DNA from: Plasmodiophora brassicae
Taxonomy: Eukaryota
Length of the DNA: 64,000 nt
Assembly: GCA_036867785.1 (NCBI GenBank)
Contig: CP145422.1
Location: 1,054,001 to 1,118,000, forward strand
Direction: 5' to 3'
A program made the position numbers and the translations under genes. A model generated the notes under the pieces. That model was not told where the DNA came from. It saw nothing but the letters and a program-made list of their open reading frames with translations, and did not search any database. Of the stretch, positions 1 to 13,482 are shown one piece after another (the stretch's first letter is position 1; each line of letters begins with the position of its first letter).

Positions 1-263
1 AGCCTCATCGACGTCCGCGCAGGTCGCCGCAACTCGTTCGGGGCGCCTGTGCCCCGTTGCCGTTTGATACCACGATCCACGGTCACGTCCCGGTATTCGC
101 GTTTCCGACTGTCGTAGGGGTTGCCGCGCGACACACAAACGCAGAGCGTCGCGTCCCGCCAACGCAGCAGCACGTTTCGCCTGCGCGTATGCCAACGTGG
201 ACGTCGCGGCAACCGGGGGGTTCTACATCTGGCCTGTATATTGCATTACGACGCCGGCCAGGC

Positions 264-1211
264 TCACTCGGCATCGATATCGTCATCACCGTCCACTTGC
301 CGGTTCTGCATCTCGAACGCTTCAAGCTGCGACGCCAGCGCCTTCTCGTCCTTCTCGGTGACGGCGCGCGCCTCCTGCTTGACGTTGACGTCGCCGCCGT
401 GCTTCGCGATCCGGGCGCCGATCACATCGCAAACCTGCCTGACGATGGCAACGCCCTTCTCCTTGTCCAGCGACACGGTCGAGATGACGTAGAGCGGCGG
501 CGCGATCAGCTTGATGGATATGGGGAAGTCCTCAGTGGACAGCTTCAGCCCTTCAGCCAGCGCGTCCTTCACCGCGTCGATGCCTTCGTATTTGAAACAG
601 GTCACCTCGAGATCGGCCCGAATCTTGACGGCCTGGGGAGTCAGGCGCCTCTCGATCTGCTTCAGGAGCTCGGCCCGGACGGTGGGGGACATGTCCAGCC
701 CGGCGAGGACCGTCTCCGGGTCAGTGATCGCCAGCTTGAACGCGGTGCACGCGTGCCCAAACTTCTTGTACAGTGGCCAGGCGATGGCCTTCAGAAGGTC
801 TTCCACGGGGATGTGCACCTTGCCGGACACCTGACGCATGATGGAGTGCACCGTCTTGGACATGTTCCACTTGTTCTCCATGGCCTCAATCTCCTCCGGC
901 GTCACACGCCGCTTCGACAGGTCAATGTACCCTTTCTCCTTGTCAACGCGCAGGACGACGACGACCTCCATGCGCCCGACCCGGATCAGCTTGTTCACGG
1001 ATCGGATGCGCCGGCGGGACAGCTCCGACAGGAGGATCATGCCCTCGACGCCATTGTACTCGAGCAGCGACACGTACGCGCCCATCTCGGCGATGCTCTT
1101 CACCTGGACCATGACGGTCTGGTCGACCTCCGGGAATCTCTCCTCGTACATCCGGCATTGCAGGTCCTGGACGGTGAGCTCCTCATCGTCCATCGGCGTC
1201 GTCGCTGTCAT
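264..1211 (-). CDS. EIF2S1: Eukaryotic translation initiation factor 2 subunit alpha (intronless)
   Basis: CRMYEERFPEVD, S1 domain, GMILLSELSRRRIRS phosphorylation-site motif, DKEKGYIDLSKRRV, IKLIAPPLYV. Confidence 0.97.
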   Translation of the reverse strand: MTATTPMDDEELTVQDLQCRMYEERFPEVDQTVMVQVKSIAEMGAYVSLLEYNGVEGMILLSELSRRRIRSVNKLIRVGRMEVVVVLRVDKEKGYIDLSKRRVTPEEIEAMENKWNMSKTVHSIMRQVSGKVHIPVEDLLKAIAWPLYKKFGHACTAFKLAITDPETVLAGLDMSPTVRAELLKQIERRLTPQAVKIRADLEVTCFKYEGIDAVKDALAEGLKLSTEDFPISIKLIAPPLYVISTVSLDKEKGVAIVRQVCDVIGARIAKHGGDVNVKQEARAVTEKDEKALASQLEAFEMQNRQVDGDDDIDAE

Positions 1212-1514
1212 GGCGGCCTGGTTGACAACGAATCCCGCGGAGTCCGTCGCGCGCCTCCTGCGGACTCCGCGACCGGAACATACCTGTGGCCTGTGGGCTG
1301 ACCGACGAACGTACGGTAGGTAGGCGCCCTCGGCGCCTACCTACCCCTGCCCACCCCGATTCGCTGTAGAGGCATACAACGACGACAGGCTTGCGTGGCT
1401 ACGCGTGCCAAGGGTCGTGCCCCAGTATCCCGATTCTTACGTTGCTGTGAAAGCAGCAGATCTGTCCAGCGATCACGTGGCGTCGCGTGCCACGCCACTG
1501 AGCTAACCTCGAGC

Positions 1515-1823
1515 ATGGTTGCGTACTGTCTCTGGGCGATCGTCATGTACTATTCTGTCGGTGGCGCTGTTGCGGATGTCGGCCAAGGCGATGCGTCGGG
1601 GGCGGCGTCGGCGCCATGGCCGGTCGAGGAAAGCGGGGCGCCATCCGGCCACGGCATGCTGATGTGGATGATGGGCGGCGCCGTCACGATGATCCTGCTG
1701 CACACGCTCGGCGCCGTCCTGCTCGCCGTCGTCTGCAAGCGGTACTGGGCCTGGCGGCGCCGCTCCACCAAACAGCCCGAACACGACACCCTGATTCGGG
1801 AGCCGCCCGCCCAGACTGTATAA
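1515..1823 (+). CDS. Small hypothetical membrane protein (signal peptide + one TM helix)
   Basis: Hydrophobic N-terminus MVAYCLWAIVMYYSVGGAVA; second hydrophobic run followed by basic KRYWAWRRR. Confidence 0.55.
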   Translation: MVAYCLWAIVMYYSVGGAVADVGQGDASGAASAPWPVEESGAPSGHGMLMWMMGGAVTMILLHTLGAVLLAVVCKRYWAWRRRSTKQPEHDTLIREPPAQTV

Positions 1824-2008
1824 ACGCACAGACCCGATTCGCCCATCAGCAGTGCTGGGCCCGCCCAGCGAACAGTCGGATCAGGCATCAATCTGGTTGC
1901 GCCGTTCGGCGAAACCATCCGTCGCTGTGACGGCCGGTTCCCAAGGAGCGCATTGTGACAACCGAAGCGGTCGACGACATCGTCGTTTGTTGCCCGCCCG
2001 CCCGCGCG

Positions 2009-2945
2009 ATGCCGTCGTCGTCCGAGGTGCGGGCCGCACTCGCCGTCATCGGATGCGGCCGACTGACGCTGGTGCCCGCCCAGGTCGTGTCGGCGCGATC
2101 GCGACGCGCCCCTTCCCTGGCCGGGTCGTCGGCGTCGACGAGGCCGCTGCCGGGCGTCACCAGCGCCAAGTACAGGAACGTGGCCGCCGTCGTCGACACG
2201 GGCCGCGTCGCCGTCAAACACGTCGAGAAACGTCGGTCGCTCGTGGCTGGGTACGCCGTCGCCCGCCCCTGGTGATGACGGGTGTGTGTGCTCGTGCGCA
2301 GCGGTGCGCGTCGGCGAGATCTTCAAGCGCGTCTCCAGCAAGGACCTGCACGAGCTGCTGAGCGAGAACCAGGACGTGTCCGAGTCGATCTTCCAGCTGG
2401 AGGAGCCGGCGCCCGATGATGCGGGCCCCGCCTGCGCCCTGGGGCACGCGTCCAGCGCTCGCGTCGTCGAGGTCAGCAGCGACCGACAGGACGAGGGCGC
2501 CGCCGCGCCGTTCCTGCTCCTGGACGTTCGCGCCGCCAGCGCCTACGAGCAAGGGCACATTCGGGGGGCGCGGCCGTACCCGGCGCTGGACCTGCGCCGC
2601 GATCGGGTCACCGTCGAGCTGATGCGGTTCAAGCAGGACGCCGGGCGCCCCGTCATCGTCTACTCGGACAGCGAACGCGAGGTCGTCGACCTGGGCACGC
2701 TGCTCGTCCAGAAGCACTTCCCGAACATCAGCATCCTGTCCGCCAGCTTCGGCACGTACGCCAGACGGTTCCCCGAGGACGTCGTCGGCGTCGTCCGGGG
2801 CGAACCCGTCGCCGCACCCAGCAAGAAGGCGCCCGCCAAGGTCTACGTTGCCAGGCGCACCTACCCGGACGTGGCTCGGCCGGCGCCGCCCGGTGCCGCC
2901 TCCAAGGCCTCCTCCATCAGCAGCGCGCCCTGGAAGCCCGCCTAG
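2009..2945 (+). CDS. CEP41: Centrosomal protein CEP41-like rhodanese-domain protein (probable introns ~2027-2083 and ~2251-2301)
   Basis: AKYRNVAAVVDTG, EIFKRV, PFLLLDVR...YEQGHIRGA, VIVYSDSER, ARRFPE match the recalled CEP41 motif order. Confidence 0.8.
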
Positions 2946-3002
2946 AGCCCACACGACGTGGGTGGACACATCCATAAACCCGCACTGTGTAATAATGGTC
3001 GG

Positions 3003-5718
3003 TTATGGCGGCTTCCTCCGGTGCGGTGATCGCCGGGCGCGCCCCTGCTGCTGCTGCTGCTGCATTGACGCCGTCAGCGCCCGGTCGACCTGGGCCTGGA
3101 CGAGCGCCACCAGCTGCCCCGAGTACGACTCCAGCAGCGTCCGCGTCGACTCCGGGTCCATCTGGACGGCGGTGGCCCGCCCGAGGTCGTCCGCGCCCAG
3201 CGCCTCCTGCAGCATCGTCGCCATGCGGCGCAGCGCGTCGCGCACGTCGGGGCAATCGTGCCCGCCCGCCCGCATCGTCCTGTACGTCTTCACCTGCCTG
3301 CCCAGGTCGCTCTCGATCGTCACCACCGCATCCAGCAGCGATGCGGAGCGCCCGTCGACGGCTGCGTCGTCGTCCGGTCGTCGTTGGCCTGGCGGCGGCG
3401 GCGACTGCGACCGGAACCGCTTCGGGATCGTCGTCGACCGCCGCACCGGCGAGACGGACCGCGGCCGCCCGAGCCGGCCGCGGTCTGTCCCGGGCGGCGT
3501 TCCCGCGTCGCCGTCGTCGTCGTCGTCGACCGCGTCGCTTAGCCCGCCGACCCTGCCACCCGCGTCAGTCAGGTTGCAGGCGCGCGCCGCCGCCCCGATG
3601 GAGAACGTACAGGTCGGGCTCGTCGTCGGTGTCGAGCGCGATGCTGCTGGCGTCGTCGTCGTCGATGACGTCGCCGGGACGAACGGTGACCGGCGGCGGG
3701 CGGCGCATGGCGCTGACGAGGTCGGCGTCCAGGCGCCAGACGCGGACGCAGCCGTCGGCGCCGGCCGTGTACAGGCGCCGGCCGTCGTCGGAGCAGCGGG
3801 CGGCGGTCGCACCCGGGTGCGCCGCGCACCGGGCGACCGTCGCGCCCGACACCCAGTCGACGAGGCGCACGACGCCGTCGTCGCCGCAGACGACGAGCAG
3901 CACGCCGGACGCGTCCACGCTGGTCGTCGTCGGTGCGGGGCGCCGGCGCAGACGACGCAGGCGCCGGTGCGGGGCGGCCGCCGTCCAGATGCCATGGGGC
4001 GTGATCGCCCAGCGCTCGTCGACGACGGTGACGGGTGCGGCGAGGCGCGCGTCAACGCCGGGCGGGTCGGTGCAGAACGCGCCCAGGTCGCGGACCGAGG
4101 TCCCGTCCGCCGACGTGGTGACCAGCAGGCACGCGCCGGCGCCGTCGCTGGCGAACGCCACCGAGCGCACCGGCGCCCGGTGATCCATGAACGTGCCGAT
4201 CAGCTGCAGGTCCTGGTCGACGTCGTAGATGTTGACGGCCTCGTCCGCGCCGGCCGACGCCTGCGCAGGTGGGTGTGGGATCAGAGGGTGGGTGCGTGCG
4301 CGGCGCGGGGGATACCAGGAGCGACGCGTCCGCCGAGAACGCCAGCGCCAGCACGGTCGCCGCGTGGGTCGCCCGGGCGATGCCGACGCAGGCGAGGCTG
4401 TTGCCCGGGTCGAGCAGGTGCACGTTGCCGTCGGTGTCGGCGACGGCGACGCGCGTCCGATCGGGTGCGGCGACGATGGCGCTGGGCGGGCCCCCGGACG
4501 GCACGTCGTCGGCGATCAGGTCGCCGGTGTCGGCGTCCCAGAGCCGCGTGCGCGCGTCGGCGCCGATCGTCACCAGGCGATCGCCGCCGAGGGCCACGAC
4601 GTCGATGACGGGGGCGGCATGCGACGCCAGGGTGCGTTGCAGGGTGCGCTGCGCGACGTTCCAGACGGTGACGCCGGCGTCGCCCAGGGCGCACGCCAGG
4701 CGCTGGCCGTCGGGCGCCAGCACCATACCCAAGGCGTCGCCGGCGCTCTGCAACGTGGCCAGGTGCGCCAGCGTGCTCGGCGCGAACAGGCGGATCCGGC
4801 CGTGCGCGCCGGCGATGGCGACGACGTCGTCGCGCGCCACGACACAGTGCCCCGTGTCCAGCTTCAGGTCGACCCATTTCTCGAGCGCGCGTCGCTCCAC
4901 CCCGAACCGGCAGAGGATGCCGCCGGACGTCAGGGCGAAGGCGGCGCCGCCCCGTCCGAACGCCACACTGACCAGGCGGGACGACGACGTCAGCACCTTG
5001 GCGTTCCAGGCCGCCGTCAGCTTGGCGCCCTGCTCGGCGATCACGACCGTCGCGGCGTCGCCCGGCGGCGGGTCGGCGATCGTGAAGAACGACAGGTGGG
5101 CGGCATCGCACGCCAGCAGGAGGGTGGACGACGACGACGACGACGTGTCGAGGGCGGTGATGCGGTGCGACGGCGTGCAGGACGCCAGGCAGGTGCCTGT
5201 GGTCGCGCACCAGACCCGTATGACGGGTGCGTCGTCGACCGTGATCAGGTGCGTCGACGAGCGCGCTAGGAACCGGACGAATTCGACGCGCCGGTCGACG
5301 GCGACCTGGCAGACCCGCACCGGTTCGCATTCGTGCAGGTCGTGCAATGTGATACGGTGCGACTGAGGCAAACGTCGTCAGGGAGGGGGCGCGAAGGACG
5401 CGAGTAGGTGCAGCAGCACCCCCGACCCACCTCAGCGATGGCGATCCGTGCGCCGGTGGCGTCGACGTCGAGGCTGACGATGGCGGTTCGGCACGGAATG
5501 AACCGGGTCTGGCGATGCAGGCGCGGGCTGTACAGGACGACCAGGGTGCCGGCTGCGTAGACGACCTCGTCGGAATGCGGCCGCCATCGCAGCGATTCCG
5601 TGCCGGTGCCGCATGCACCGAGGACCCGCTCCAGGGACAGCCGCTACAAGACAGCGGCCGCAGCCACTGAGTTCAACGGTCAGGCGCGCGGAACGTACGG
5701 GCACGTACAGGGCGCATC
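3003..5718 (-). CDS. WD40-repeat protein, WDR62/MAPKBP1-like (multi-exon)
   Basis: N-terminal LSLERVLG...VVYAAGTLVVLY, RALEKWVDLK, multiple WD repeats, C-terminal LLESYSGQLVALVQ. Confidence 0.75.
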
Positions 5719-6384
5719 CGGCACCGTCGACAACGATGATGGAACGACCGCCCTGGGACTAGCAGCCCTTCGACGTGATGTTGCCCGGTGGGCACCGTTG
5801 CCCGTTTGCCTGCCTGCGCGCATCGGGGGCTCCTCGGGTTGCCAATGCCGCCTGCTCCTTCCTGTCGCGACAGCACCTGGAACGCGGTTCGACCAGATGC
5901 CTCTGTTATATTCACAAATTCCACTACCTACGGGCGGTGTCTCCTTCGTTGCACCGAACCGCCGGGCCGGTTCGCTGAACTCCTCATGCGTCGTTGTCGT
6001 CCGCGTTGGTGATACGACTCCGAGTGCTGCCGCTGCCGGTTTCTTCTGGTTTCGTCCGACGGCCCGGCCATCTGCTGGTTTCCCAGGCGGGTGGGCCTAC
6101 TGTCTAGCTAAACCGTACGAAGGGCTCGTCCCAGATTCCGGCACGTACGGTAGACACTGATCACCAGCTTGTTTCGACATGGACCCGTGGGACGCATGGT
6201 CGTCCAGAAGCAGAACAACGGATCCGGTGACGTTCTTTGCAGCGCTGCACGGTCTTGCCTGCGAAAGTCGGATGAGTCGGAACTCGGCCCGGCCCGACTT
6301 GGGACGCAAAAAAAGTCAGGGTTGCCGGCGGCGTTGATGTGGCCCTCTATCTACACCGGTTTTTTGTTCGGTAGTCGCCGGTCA

Positions 6385-9300
6385 ATGTACAGCTCGTGGC
6401 GCCGGTTCCAGTTCTTTCAGAAGCGGGTCCTCCCGTCCGGCGATGCGCCGCCCGCTGCTGGTGACGATGCCGCCCGTCTACACGAACAGGGCGTACCTGT
6501 TGTATGCGCGGCTGCTGGACGCGGTCAGCTCGTTTTCGGTGACGGGCAGGGCGTTGTGCGCGTCGTCGATCGCGACCGTATCGTGACCGAGTTCCAGGCC
6601 CACGATTCTGTCACGCACGTCATCAGGGTCGGGGGCTGGTTACGTAGTGGCCGTCTCCATCCGGTTTGACGTCCTCACGACAGGTTTCGCATCGCAATGT
6701 GCTGGTCACCGTTGGCGTTGACCTGGAGCGGGACCTGTCGCCCGCCGCCATCAAATTATGGCACATGGACCAGACGGAAGGCGACCCTGTTCTCGCGCAC
6801 GAAATCCGCCCGTTCACCTCCGATAAGGTGCAGGCGGCACCCATCACCTGCGTTGCCGTCCAGGACGACCTATCGCATATTGCGATCGGGCTCGGCAATG
6901 GCGCCGTGCTTCTTCTCGTCGGTGACATACTTCGTGGCCGGTATAAGACGTACCGTCTGCGGCACAACGGGCCCTGTGTCACATCAGGTTCGCGTTCCAG
7001 ACCGAACCGTCGAACTCGCTACTGAGGGGATCGTGCATTCAGTTCATTTCGCGTCGAGCTCTGTGCTGTTCCTGACGACGACGTCATCGGTGTCGTCAGT
7101 GCAGGTCCTGGTTGCCGGGCATCCAGAGACCATGCTGGACGCCGCTGACGGATGCGATATGCACTGTAGCGCCGTCAGCGATACGGGCGCCCTGGTCGTC
7201 GGCCGCCCATCGGGAATATTCTTTTTCGAACTCGACGATGTGGGCCCTTGCTACGGATTCGAAAGCCGGAAGCGGTCGTTGCACTGGTTCCATGCGTACC
7301 TGGTCACTGTGTCGGATCACAAGAGCGACCCGTCGAAGCACGAGCTTACCGTGTATGACCTCCGGAACAAGTTCATTGCGTTCTCTGGCGTCTTTGACGC
7401 TATTGCGCACGTTCTTATTGAATGGGGCGCTCTCATTGTCGTTCCCCAGCACAGCCCTCGGAAGGTCGCCGTGCTTAGATCTGTCTTTGTCTGCCGTCCC
7501 TTACGTTTGCCGGCTGCGTAGCTGATCGAGTTAACGGAATCGGACCTGACCACCAAAATGGATATGCTCTTTAAGAGGAACCTGTTTCCGATTGCCATCA
7601 GTCTCGCGCAAAGTCAGGCCCTGGACCAATCGTTCGTCATGGAAATTGTCAAGCGATATGGCGACCATCTCTATGAGAAAGGTAGATGAGAATTCCGTCT
7701 CGCTGCGCTAGGCGATAATGTCGCTCCCGGATCAGGTGATTACCATGGCGCGATGAGGGAGTATCTGGACACGGTGACCCCTGGCACGGCCTACGTTGAA
7801 CCGTCTTACGTCATCCGCAAGTACCTCGACGCCCGCCTATCGGATGACCTAACGGCGTACCTCGAAGCTCTGCACTCCAACTCGTGTGCGACGAAGTTGC
7901 ATACGACATTGCTGCTCAATTGTTTCACCCGCGCTAAACTGGACGAGAAGTTAACCGCGTTCCTGAGCAACACCAAGTCGAACAAGTTCGATGTCGACAA
8001 TGCGATCCAGGTCTGCATGTCAGCGGGCTACCTGGACCATGCCCTGCAACTGGCAACCAAGAACGGCAGGACGGACGCAGCCATCAAGATCCTTCTTGCA
8101 ATGGGTGATTTCGCTGCTGTCTGCCTGTTCATATCCAAGCTGCCGTTCGAGGAAGCCGAAGCCTGCCTCAGACTTCATGGACATCTGCTATTTGAGGAAG
8201 CGCCCGAGCAGACGTCCGCCCTTCTTGAGCGGCTCTGCACCGAGTTTGCCCCATCGCTCGATGGGAAGACTAAGCACCGCGCGAATCCAGACGAATTTAT
8301 TCACTTGTTCGTCGGCCGGCCCGACGACCTGAGGAAGTTCCTTGAGAGCATTGTTGCGAAGGTGTATCCGCCCCTTGCGTGATTCCTGACAAGCGTTCTA
8401 ATCGCGTCGCCTAGATCCCGAATTCGTCTTCCACAGTTTACACGACGCTCTTGGAGGTGTACTTGCGAAGTGTCGATCCGTCCCAGCTGTCCTCCCCAGG
8501 AGGCACGTCAGACAAGATTCTACGGTTATTGTCGACCCAGCAAACAAAGTCTGTGCGATGTTACGTTGCTCTATGTGATGCAAATCTGACGGCAACGTTC
8601 AGGTACGACCCAGAGCTTGCGCTTGTACTTGTGAAGCGTTACAAGTTCACTGCGGGCGTGCTTTTCCTGTATCAGAAACTGAAGCTGTATCTCGACATTC
8701 TGGAGCACCACTTTCAGGTACGGTGTCGACCATACGCGACGTCGTCGACGCCTAAACCCTGTCGTCAGTGTAACGATGCGAACGAGATACTGGAGACGTG
8801 CATATATTACGGCGATGAGGAACCCAACCTCTGGCTTCGCGCGCTGTCGTACTTTGCCGATAACGCACGACACTCGTCCAATGCCGAAAGTATTCAACAA
8901 GTTCTCCGACGTCAGTGTTGCCATCTATGTGTCGTTTCGTATCCCGTGCCTTACGGCCAGGTTCTCCTCAGACATCCAGGAGACCAGGCTCCTGCCTCCG
9001 TTGATGGTCATCCAGATCCTGTCAAGGAACCAATCGATTCCGTTGGCCATCGTCAAAGACTTTTTACTGCAATCGCTTACGTACGAGCAGTCGTTGCTGG
9101 ATGATGACCGGCGCCGGATCGACGAGTATCGCGCGGAGACGGCGGATATTCGTGCAAAGATCGAGCGCCTTGAGACGCAGCCGGTTTCGTTCCAGGCAAC
9201 GACTTGCAGCGAATGCAATGCGATGCTGTCGGAACCGCCTGTGATCCATTTCCTGTGCATGCATTCCTACCACGAGCGGTGCATGGAGAACATGCAGACC

Positions 9301-9543
9301 ACGGCCGCTGGCGTCGCCCATTGCCCGATCTGCTACGCCGACTACAAGAAGATCGTGGAGATCGACGAGTCGATGAAAGCGAGCGCGTCCGACCACGAGG
9401 CGTTCTTCCACAAGCTGCACGACGCGGACGACGGGTTCGCCGCCGTTGCCGAGTACTTCGGTCGGGGCATCGTCGAAGGACTGCAGACGACGGCGACGAC
9501 GACGACGTCGGCCCGCCTTCATCATGACCGCCCGTCCATATAG
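6385..9543 (+). CDS. VPS11: Vacuolar protein sorting 11 (HOPS/CORVET subunit), multi-exon
   Basis: MYSSWRRFQFF start, YDLRNKFIAF, YGDHLYEKG, EPSYVIRKYLDA, HTTLLLNCF, C-terminal RING-like CSEC...HFLCMHSYHERC, DGFAAVAEYFGRG. Confidence 0.95.
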
Positions 9544-9863
9544 AGTGTTCCACATGCGTCGACTGTCGTCCCGCGCGCCCACGTGCACGATGCATTACAG
9601 GCCGCGTCTACCTCGCTGGCAACGTGCAGGGCTGTGGCGCCGCCCCATTGCAATGCAGGTCGTATTTAAACACGTTGGTCGAGCGCAATGCAATCATTGT
9701 CGATGGACGCGTCGCTCCGGGGCAGTGTCGCAGCATCGTCGAGGGGCGGTCCCCAGCCCATGTCATCTTGTGGATATGCGGGGCGCTTGGATCGCGATGG
9801 CGTACCTGTTGACGATCGCGTGCGTGCCTCGTGGGCAAGGCGGTGGCGCCGGCTGGGCCTGTC

Positions 9864-10662
9864 ATGGCGCTGTATAACTACTCGTCGAAGACGCTGATGG
9901 GCAACTGGCGAGAGGATCGGCTGGCACCCAGCAAGGTCCTGTCCGAGATCCACGTCCGCCCGGTCGACAACGACGTTCAGGCCGGCCGCATGAAACGATT
10001 CACGAACCCGACCACGCAGGGCACCATCGCCGACTACGGCAAGGTACCCCTGTGTCGTTGCACCCGGACGACACGCGTGTCCCCAGCGTTAACGGCGCTG
10101 CCACTACAGAACGATTTCTCGACGACCAACGGGCAGTCGTTCCGATGGCCGGGCCAGGTCAACGTGTCCACCGAGCCGGTCAAGATGATCCGGCTGAAGA
10201 CGTTCAGCCCGGAACAGTCGACGCGTAGCGTCAAGGGCCCGCTGATCGGGTTCGGCGCCGTCCTGCCGCGACATCCGGTCGGCCAGTACAGCAGGTGGAG
10301 CCCAGCCCAAGGCGTCGGCATGGTCTCCACCACCTGACCGTGTTGTCAGGGCGCTGGCGTCGACAGCGCATTCGGCGTTCGGTGGGCCACATGCGCTCGA
10401 CGACCACAAGCGGGCCGTCCCGCCTGCAATGGACCCGAACGTACCGGCGGGGGTGTCATCCGAGCAAATCGAGCAGAAGAACCAGGCACGTCAGCGCTGC
10501 CCCATCCAGGTACCGTCTACGGCCCCGTACTGAGCGTTCACCGCTGACGACGGCTTGCGTCAGGACCCGAATCGCGACATCCCAGCAACGTCGCTGCCGG
10601 GCTTGGGCCAACGCGCCTTCCAGTCGCCCAAAGCCAAGGGCCGCTCGGCAGCGCACGCCTGA
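9864..10662 (+). CDS. Ciliary microtubule-inner-protein-like protein (CFAP95/C9orf135-like)
   Basis: YSSKTLMGNWREDR (NWE-type motif) and GFGAVLPRHP; end inferred through introns. Confidence 0.6.
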
Positions 10663-10709
10663 ATCCAAACAACGATAACAATGACGTCGCTCTTGGTTGT
10701 ACCATAGCG

Positions 10710-11611
10710 TTATTCGTTGCCGGGTTCGAGGTTGCGTCCCGGTTCGGATGCGGGGGCAGCGACCTTGTCCTGTTTACGCAGGACGTAGATGTAGTGGACC
10801 AGGTCGACCAGGTCGGCCTCGTACGACTGTTTCGGCTTGTCGATCGTGACGGTCGACTCGAGCGTCCAGGCGGGGACGGCCTGGAAGTAGTGGGCCCTCG
10901 TGTTGGGCGTGCCGAACGATATGCAGATGTAGACGCCACCTGTGTGCGCACTGCTTCAGCAATGCAGAAACGACAACGCCATTGGCGTGGCGAGCAGCCG
11001 ACCCGGTTTCAGGACGCGATTGACCTCTTTGAGCATTGTGGATACCTCTGTAGCCGCGTCCTCGCCGCAGGCGAAGCAGTCCAGCGTGCCTTTATCGAGG
11101 CAGACGTCGAACGTCTCGTCGTCGAACTTCAGGTCACGGACGTCCATGGTCAGGTCTATGGGACACGAGGTCGCCCGTCAGCGGCAGACATAGAGAGCGC
11201 TCGCGCGCGACCTCGGCTGACATTTCATCTCGATCAGAAGCTTGTGCTTGTTGTTCATGACGTCGATGACGGTGCGGCACGAGTCGATGTTGACGATATG
11301 TGTGATGCCATCCCGGTACAGCCCTTCACCCAGCCCTGTTGGGCGTGGTTAACAGGCGTTCCGGTCCGAATTGGCTCATCTGCCCCCCTACTGGAATTGC
11401 CACACCCGACGTGAAGGAGAGCGGTTCTCGGCTGTTCGCTGACGTAGGGATAGATATGGGGCTTCAGCGCCGCATAGTTCTGATACCACTCGAAGGAATC
11501 GGGCTCCCTTGCAGCAGTCAGAACGAAGATCAGGCGTCGTGAGGGTCCAGGCGCGCCCTACTTTTCGTATCGTCTCTCCCAGTACGCTTGCAGGTGGTAA
11601 TCGGCGCACAT
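10710..11611 (-). CDS. SAM-dependent methyltransferase, EEF1AKMT4/ECE2-like (multi-exon)
   Basis: DYHLQAYWERRY, FEWY, VGCGNS, MDVRDLKFDDETFDVCLDKGTLD, EVNRVLKPG, HYIYV. Confidence 0.88.
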
Positions 11612-12527
11612 TCAGCTGCCGTCTACCCGGGTGCGACTCAAAGCCCTTGCCCGTCCACTGACGGTCAAGTGACAATAAGCGAAAGAAGGTTGCGCTCCAA
11701 ACAACATTGCATAATCGCACCCATCCATGCGCATGACGGAACCCGTCCTGTTCTGTAGTAATATCCGGATGACTGGGCCGTCGACACCGCTGTAGCCAGG
11801 AGGCGCAAGCCGACTCTGATTGCAACCGATGCTTTCGCGCCGACCGTGGATAACGCCGAAATGCTCCTCGCGATTACCTTAGTAACGACGGCGGGAAACG
11901 CGTGACACAGGCATCAGCCGCGGCGTACCGACCTTAACGACAGCGTCAGACGCCGCGCGCGTAAACGTTAGGGCGCTGCTCTGTCCCCGTGCAGGAATGC
12001 CGTGGCGGAGTCCGTGAACCCCGAGCGGTCGGTCCGCAGTCACTTGCAGTTGAATCGCGACAATCGTGGAGCAAGCAGCATACTCGCTCGTGGTAGGTGT
12101 TGGTTTCGTTCCGTATTGTTACACGCGTTGCACGTTTGTGATGATATCGGATGCACCACCACTGTCCCTGGACTGTACGTCACACGTACCGCCCAGCATG
12201 GACGCATAATCCGTTTCTGAGTTTCCTTCAACAATTCTTATATCTGCAATTTCGGTCTCGATGTGATCGTCGCTGACATTGGGTCGCACAGGTATCTGCA
12301 GAACGATTGCGATATGCTACCATGCAGATAGTATCTACATAGTCGCTGCCGGTACAGGCGACACCCGATCTGAGTACTGTCGGATCCGTCCCATATCATT
12401 TATTATTGGCAATACATATTCCATTACTCGAATACAGCGTCGAACAGAGCGCGGGTTGATACCAATACGGCAATAGAATATACGCGGCAAGTTAAATATT
12501 TGCGGTGCGCAGTGCAGTTTCGCCATC

Positions 12528-13125
12528 ATGTCGTCTGCCGATGCCGCCGCCGAGTACTGGGCGTCGCTGGCGTCGGCCATGAAGGAGTCGCTGAACGCCG
12601 AGGCGTCCGGCATATGGCATACGCTGCGTCGGTTCGCTGCCGTCGTCGACTGGACCGAACCGTTCGTCCTTGCCATCGTCGCGGCCGTGACGGCAATCGC
12701 GGCGTTCGCCGTCCTGACTCGGCGCAGGTGCGATATCCAAGCCGCGTTATTGGTCCTTATTGGTTGTCGTGCTGTCTGTGCCTCACACCGAAACGCTGTT
12801 CTGATGTTTGGGACTTGCAGGTGCCGTTGTCTGGGCGTCCAAGCCCCTGAATGCATACGCCAACAAGACTTGGTCAATGTTCGCCACCCAGCCGTATTTC
12901 GACGAGTCGGGACAGTTCCTTGCGCTAATGGTTGGGGTACCGCTTCTCCTGGTTGCAACGTTCATCGTGGTACGTCTGCGTTGCTCGCCAATGCCCGCAT
13001 CCCGTCCGTGCTGTCGAGCCAACGCCGCTCTGCAGGTCAACGCCCTCTACCAAGCGTCCCGGCTGTTAATCAAAGTGAAACGCGCGGAGCACAAGGCGGC
13101 ACGAGGACCGAAGAAGGTCGACTGA
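12528..13125 (+). CDS. TMEM18: Transmembrane protein 18
   Basis: FAAVVDWTEPF, LNAYANKTWSMFATQPYFDESGQF, basic C-terminus LIKVKRAE. Confidence 0.85.
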
Positions 13126-13482
13126 GCCATTATACCCATCCACGGCCAGGTCGCCTGCTGGTTTGTCTGTCGCGAATGAAAACGACGCGTCGGAGCAATT
13201 GGATCATTGAAGGAGAGGCTGGAGCGACCCCTGGCTAGGCTACTGCTGGTGACGACGCCGACTGAAGCTTGTATCGTTTTGATGTTCATATGCGGCGATA
13301 GACAGTGGCAGAGGCAGAACGGGAACGACTGCAAGGTCGGTGGGCGCCGTCATGCCGCCGCGCTGCCCACCCAGCAGCTGGCATCGAACGGGCCACTCCT
13401 GCTGCTGTCCGTTCTGTGCGTGCCTTGTCCTGCCAGCACCACAACGTGTTGCAAACGAACCCCTCTCGCAGTTTAGTGTTAG

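Noticed and set aside
57-1301. 414-aa plus-strand ORF opposite eIF2-alpha, and many similar long antisense ORFs (e.g. 2848-4608, 19670-20608)
   Set aside because: Shadow ORFs expected from GC-rich codon usage; no domain signal.
12293-12330. Small inverted repeat TATCTGCA...TGCAGATA in an AT-richer intergenic stretch
   Set aside because: Only 8 bp; could be chance; no TSD or ncRNA signature.
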